DNA of 53,507 bases, taken from positions 1 to 53,507 of the IMG/VR virus record IMGVR_UViG_3300028045_000021, one strand, 5' to 3'. Origin of the DNA: a virus. Lineage: Duplodnaviria > Caudoviricetes. Below, piece after piece: positions 50,347-53,507 of this stretch. Position numbers and translations under genes: made by a program. A model generated the notes under the pieces. The model had not been told where the DNA came from. It ran no database searches and saw only the letters and a list, made by a program, of their open reading frames with translations. Position 1 is the stretch's first letter. Each line of letters opens with the position of its first letter.

Positions 50347-51054
50347 ATGGCAGAAATTCAAATAAAAGACCTAGGAAACGCTGGAACTCCAGCCACAACA
50401 ATGCACTTTGCAGTACAACAGGAAGCCGCAGTTGATATTGCTCAGGAAATTGCATTAAGCGAATTTTCAGAAGCGGCAGAAATGACAGTAGTCGAAGGTG
50501 TTAATAAATTAGTAACTCCTAATGCGTTTACAAAAACATATGCAAAAGAGGATAGATATGGTACTGTTGAGATTGCCACAGTTGCGGAGATAGCAGGTCA
50601 ATCATCTACAGAAGACGCAGTAGCTCTGCCTGTAGGTAGAATACCAGAGATATTTCGTTCAGGAATACCATTAACGACAGCCATATCAGGTAGCGATATT
50701 GATGGGGCTACCGAGGGAGTACTTTCATCCTTAGCTATATACGAATCAATATATGGTAATAGGGCAATTATAGGAGGAACATTTACACTTAACCCATCCC
50801 AGTCTACTGAGGAAATTGAAATATACATAAATAATATAACCCAACCAATGTACACACAATCGGGTAGTGGTTATTTAACATCGGCATCAGCTACCGGTGA
50901 ACTACATTCATTAGCGATTAAGATTGAAAGCGTTGGAACTCCAACTAGCGGTGGTGGTCAAATAAGATTAACCATAGGACGAGGCAATGTGACTTTCAAT
51001 AGTAGCGGAACGTATTATATAGGATTAAATATAGATTACTCAGCTAAAATTTAG
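50347..51054 (+). CDS. Tail fibre-like protein
   Basis: IQIKDL N-terminus; KLVTP..A.E.RYGTVEIAT fibre-repeat motif. Confidence 0.6.
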   Translation: MAEIQIKDLGNAGTPATTMHFAVQQEAAVDIAQEIALSEFSEAAEMTVVEGVNKLVTPNAFTKTYAKEDRYGTVEIATVAEIAGQSSTEDAVALPVGRIPEIFRSGIPLTTAISGSDIDGATEGVLSSLAIYESIYGNRAIIGGTFTLNPSQSTEEIEIYINNITQPMYTQSGSGYLTSASATGELHSLAIKIESVGTPTSGGGQIRLTIGRGNVTFNSSGTYYIGLNIDYSAKI

Positions 51055-51057
51055 ATC

Positions 51058-52863
51058 ATGTCAGATATAACAACCATAAAAATATTAGAGATACCATACA
51101 AAAGCCCACTTGAAATCACGATAGATGATCAATTTATTTTTGATCAAAATGGAGAAACATTTAGAGGTGATTTACTTAATATACTTAATGATGTTTCAAC
51201 AAATTTAACTGGAACAAGCGATGCTAAACAACTTGCAGAAAGTGCTGGAACTGAATTAAAAAATCTAAACGATTGGCTAAATAGAGCAGATGGATTTGTG
51301 TATCAATATGCATCAATGTGGACGTTAACGCTATCGGGTAGCGATATGATAGTAACTATACCGGCATGCGAAATCTTAATACCTAATTCAAGTACTCCAG
51401 TAAGTGTCGGTGGATCATCGGGTACTATAGCAGAAAATGGAGGACTAGTATTGACTAAATCGGGTTCTACTTTTATTTATAGTTTTGTAGACGATTTAAC
51501 AACAATAACACAAGGAGAAAATAAAAATAAATATGTAATAGTCCAGAATGTGGCTGGTGTTTTATTATCTAGAATACCTAGTATCACAGTATCTTTATAT
51601 CCGAATGACATTACAAGGAATAATGTAGAAATAGCAGTTTCAGCAAGTAATATAGATCTCGATTTCGCAGATAAGAACGAGGTGTTTGCTACGAAAGTAA
51701 GTGGTGGTGGTATAGTAGTAAATGAAAATATTACAATAACATTCAGTAATACCGATAATGCTGAAAAAGCAGAGGCTTATTTGGACGTGACAGGTTCAGC
51801 GAGAGAAGTAACTATTGACAGTACTGTTATTTCAACCGATTCACGATTTGACGGTATTGATAAAATTACACTACCTGTTGGTGAATTTAAATTAGAATTA
51901 TCATTTGATAAGGTTAATAAGTTTTTAGAAATAAGTCCAGCTGCAGAGCTAATTGAATACATACCTCTAAGTTGGTTAATGAATACGTCCACTGTTGTTG
52001 CTGATCCGACATCGGGAAAAGTATTATTAAATAATGCTGATTTATCATTAGTCACCAAAATAGCATTATCCGACACTTCGAATCAACCTATGAGTATTGG
52101 TTCTATGCTTTCCGACAGTGAGGGGAGTGGTATATTAATACAACAAAAAGATGATGATTCAAAGTATATTGTACTCTTAGTTGATGCGGTAACTGATCAA
52201 ACGGGATGGCATGAATTCGACATTACAGAATATGATTCAGGAGTAATTTTTGATGATGGTGCAGAGTTAATTACTACGTACGTGGCTAGTGTTAGTACTG
52301 GAGGCGGGCACGTTTTAAAGAAAAGTATTGACGGGGCGGCACAATCGACATTAACCCAAAGGGACGATTTTGTTATTGAAACTTCTAATGGTGAAGATAC
52401 ATTAGGCGACAATGGAACACAGTCAGTTTACACGCCTACTATCAAGTCGATGAACGATTATGATGCGACAGGTGAAGCGGCTGGAAGTTTAATACAAAGG
52501 AACGCAGGCGATGATGGATTTGATTCTATTTTAGCTGCACCCGATGATCGTGTAAAAACATCATTGCCAGAAGCAAATATATTAGCAGATGGGGCACTGG
52601 CTATTCCTGTATATGCAGCCAATAAACTAACAGCGTTACGGGTTAAAAATGAAAGTGGAAATTCTGCTGGTAATATTCAAATCGGTACAACCGCCTTAGC
52701 CAGTGATGTTGTTGCCGCTATTGCTATACCTGACGGGTTTGATGGACTTTTAACTTTGCTTTTAGATTACTTTGACAGTACTACAGAACAAATACTGTAC
52801 ATAAGTTCGTCCGCATGGGGTAGTGGTTCAATTACTGTTTACAATTCACAAATGGAGGTATAA
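51058..52863 (+). CDS. Tail fibre/spike-like multidomain protein
   Basis: 601 aa, beta-rich, acidic, tail-module position. Confidence 0.6.
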   Translation: MSDITTIKILEIPYKSPLEITIDDQFIFDQNGETFRGDLLNILNDVSTNLTGTSDAKQLAESAGTELKNLNDWLNRADGFVYQYASMWTLTLSGSDMIVTIPACEILIPNSSTPVSVGGSSGTIAENGGLVLTKSGSTFIYSFVDDLTTITQGENKNKYVIVQNVAGVLLSRIPSITVSLYPNDITRNNVEIAVSASNIDLDFADKNEVFATKVSGGGIVVNENITITFSNTDNAEKAEAYLDVTGSAREVTIDSTVISTDSRFDGIDKITLPVGEFKLELSFDKVNKFLEISPAAELIEYIPLSWLMNTSTVVADPTSGKVLLNNADLSLVTKIALSDTSNQPMSIGSMLSDSEGSGILIQQKDDDSKYIVLLVDAVTDQTGWHEFDITEYDSGVIFDDGAELITTYVASVSTGGGHVLKKSIDGAAQSTLTQRDDFVIETSNGEDTLGDNGTQSVYTPTIKSMNDYDATGEAAGSLIQRNAGDDGFDSILAAPDDRVKTSLPEANILADGALAIPVYAANKLTALRVKNESGNSAGNIQIGTTALASDVVAAIAIPDGFDGLLTLLLDYFDSTTEQILYISSSAWGSGSITVYNSQMEV

Positions 52864-52864
52864 A

Positions 52865-53500
52865 ATGACTATTGGATTACTACCAGATAATAAAGTTAAA
52901 CGCAATCCCACGGGTGAGGTTGTAGATAATGCCGCTGACGATTCTGATTTATTATTATCGTTAGATAGTGATATACAACAACCTTGGTGGATATTCAAAA
53001 ACGGCTCAAATTTGGTTAAGCAGGTAACGGATAAAGCAAATAATTTGCCTTTCTTTGCTCAAAGTGGAAATGAATATACTTATAATTATGATGGATACTT
53101 TACAAGAGCGAGCGGGCAATACTCAAATTCAAGTAAAAATCTGAATGCTGATTTAAGTAGTGGTTACTTTTTTGAAGCGTGGGTAAGAATACACGACTTA
53201 ACTGCCCATACTAATTTATTTAGGTTTGAAAATACTTATGGTTTTACTTGGTATGTGTACCCTCTTGAAAATATGTTTAAATTTCGATATATTGACGCGA
53301 CAGGGAGTAAGGCGAATACAGGTATTCCCATCTCCCTATTAAGTGAAGATGAATGGTTTCATTTTGCTGCTCAAATGGATAATGTTACTAAAAAAATGCA
53401 TTGGTATCTAAACGGTACGTGTGTACGAACTTCTACGTCACCGACATTTATAGTCGGTAATATTAATGATATTCATAGTTTTATGGACATTCTGCGGTAG
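52865..53500 (+). CDS. 5' part of the LamG-domain protein (continues at 15-908)
   Basis: FFEAWVR...WFHFAA LamG motifs. The stop at 53500 arises only from the 1-bp deletion in the repeat copy. Confidence 0.75.
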   Translation: MTIGLLPDNKVKRNPTGEVVDNAADDSDLLLSLDSDIQQPWWIFKNGSNLVKQVTDKANNLPFFAQSGNEYTYNYDGYFTRASGQYSNSSKNLNADLSSGYFFEAWVRIHDLTAHTNLFRFENTYGFTWYVYPLENMFKFRYIDATGSKANTGIPISLLSEDEWFHFAAQMDNVTKKMHWYLNGTCVRTSTSPTFIVGNINDIHSFMDILR

Positions 53501-53507
53501 CTGGTGC
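53361..53507. repeat. Terminal direct repeat, right copy
   Basis: Matches 1-148 with a one-G deletion. Confidence 0.97.

Noticed and set aside
1-53507. Minus-strand ORFs and nested + strand ORFs in the track (e.g. 577-768, 11743-11928, 44642-45043)
   Set aside because: They overlap stronger genes and look like shadow translations.
1-53507. Stop-codon reassignment
   Set aside because: Long genes are intact in the standard code, and TAG/TGA end genes at sensible boundaries.
52865-53507. Diversity-generating retroelement at the fibre gene
   Set aside because: No reverse transcriptase; the repeat is terminal and lacks adenine-specific mismatches.
1-53507. Integrase/lysogeny module
   Set aside because: No tyrosine or serine recombinase motifs were recognised in any ORF, so lifestyle is undetermined.

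Overview
This is an apparently complete, circular ~53.4 kb genome of a tailed phage. Bases 53361-53507 repeat bases 1-148 apart from one G. Morphology is probably siphovirus-like (1050-aa tape measure, no sheath). The host is very likely Bacteroidota, judged from many TAnnTTTG promoter boxes, A-rich starts without Shine-Dalgarno sites, and signal peptides followed by Gln. Essentially all genes are on the + strand. Order: lysis (0.9-2.7 kb); recombination/replication with ERF, PD-(D/E)XK nuclease, initiator carrying an iteron-like ori, DnaC-like loader, NinB/NinG (3-14 kb); nucleotidyltransferase, PLD, TerS, TerL (15-18.8 kb); a T-tract non-coding block and ~12 kb of small accessory genes with repeated attC-like hairpins (18.8-31.8 kb); then head, tail and fibre genes (31.9-53.5 kb). 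No integrase was recognised. The most striking locus is 30622-31620. A 212-aa helical protein gene is followed by a ~350-nt structured RNA with a terminal stem, a predicted pseudoknot and eleven AAAGNNN heptamers. Embedded in this RNA is a complete 76-nt tRNA (GTA anticodon) in circularly permuted order. All calls come from reading the sequence; no searches were run.
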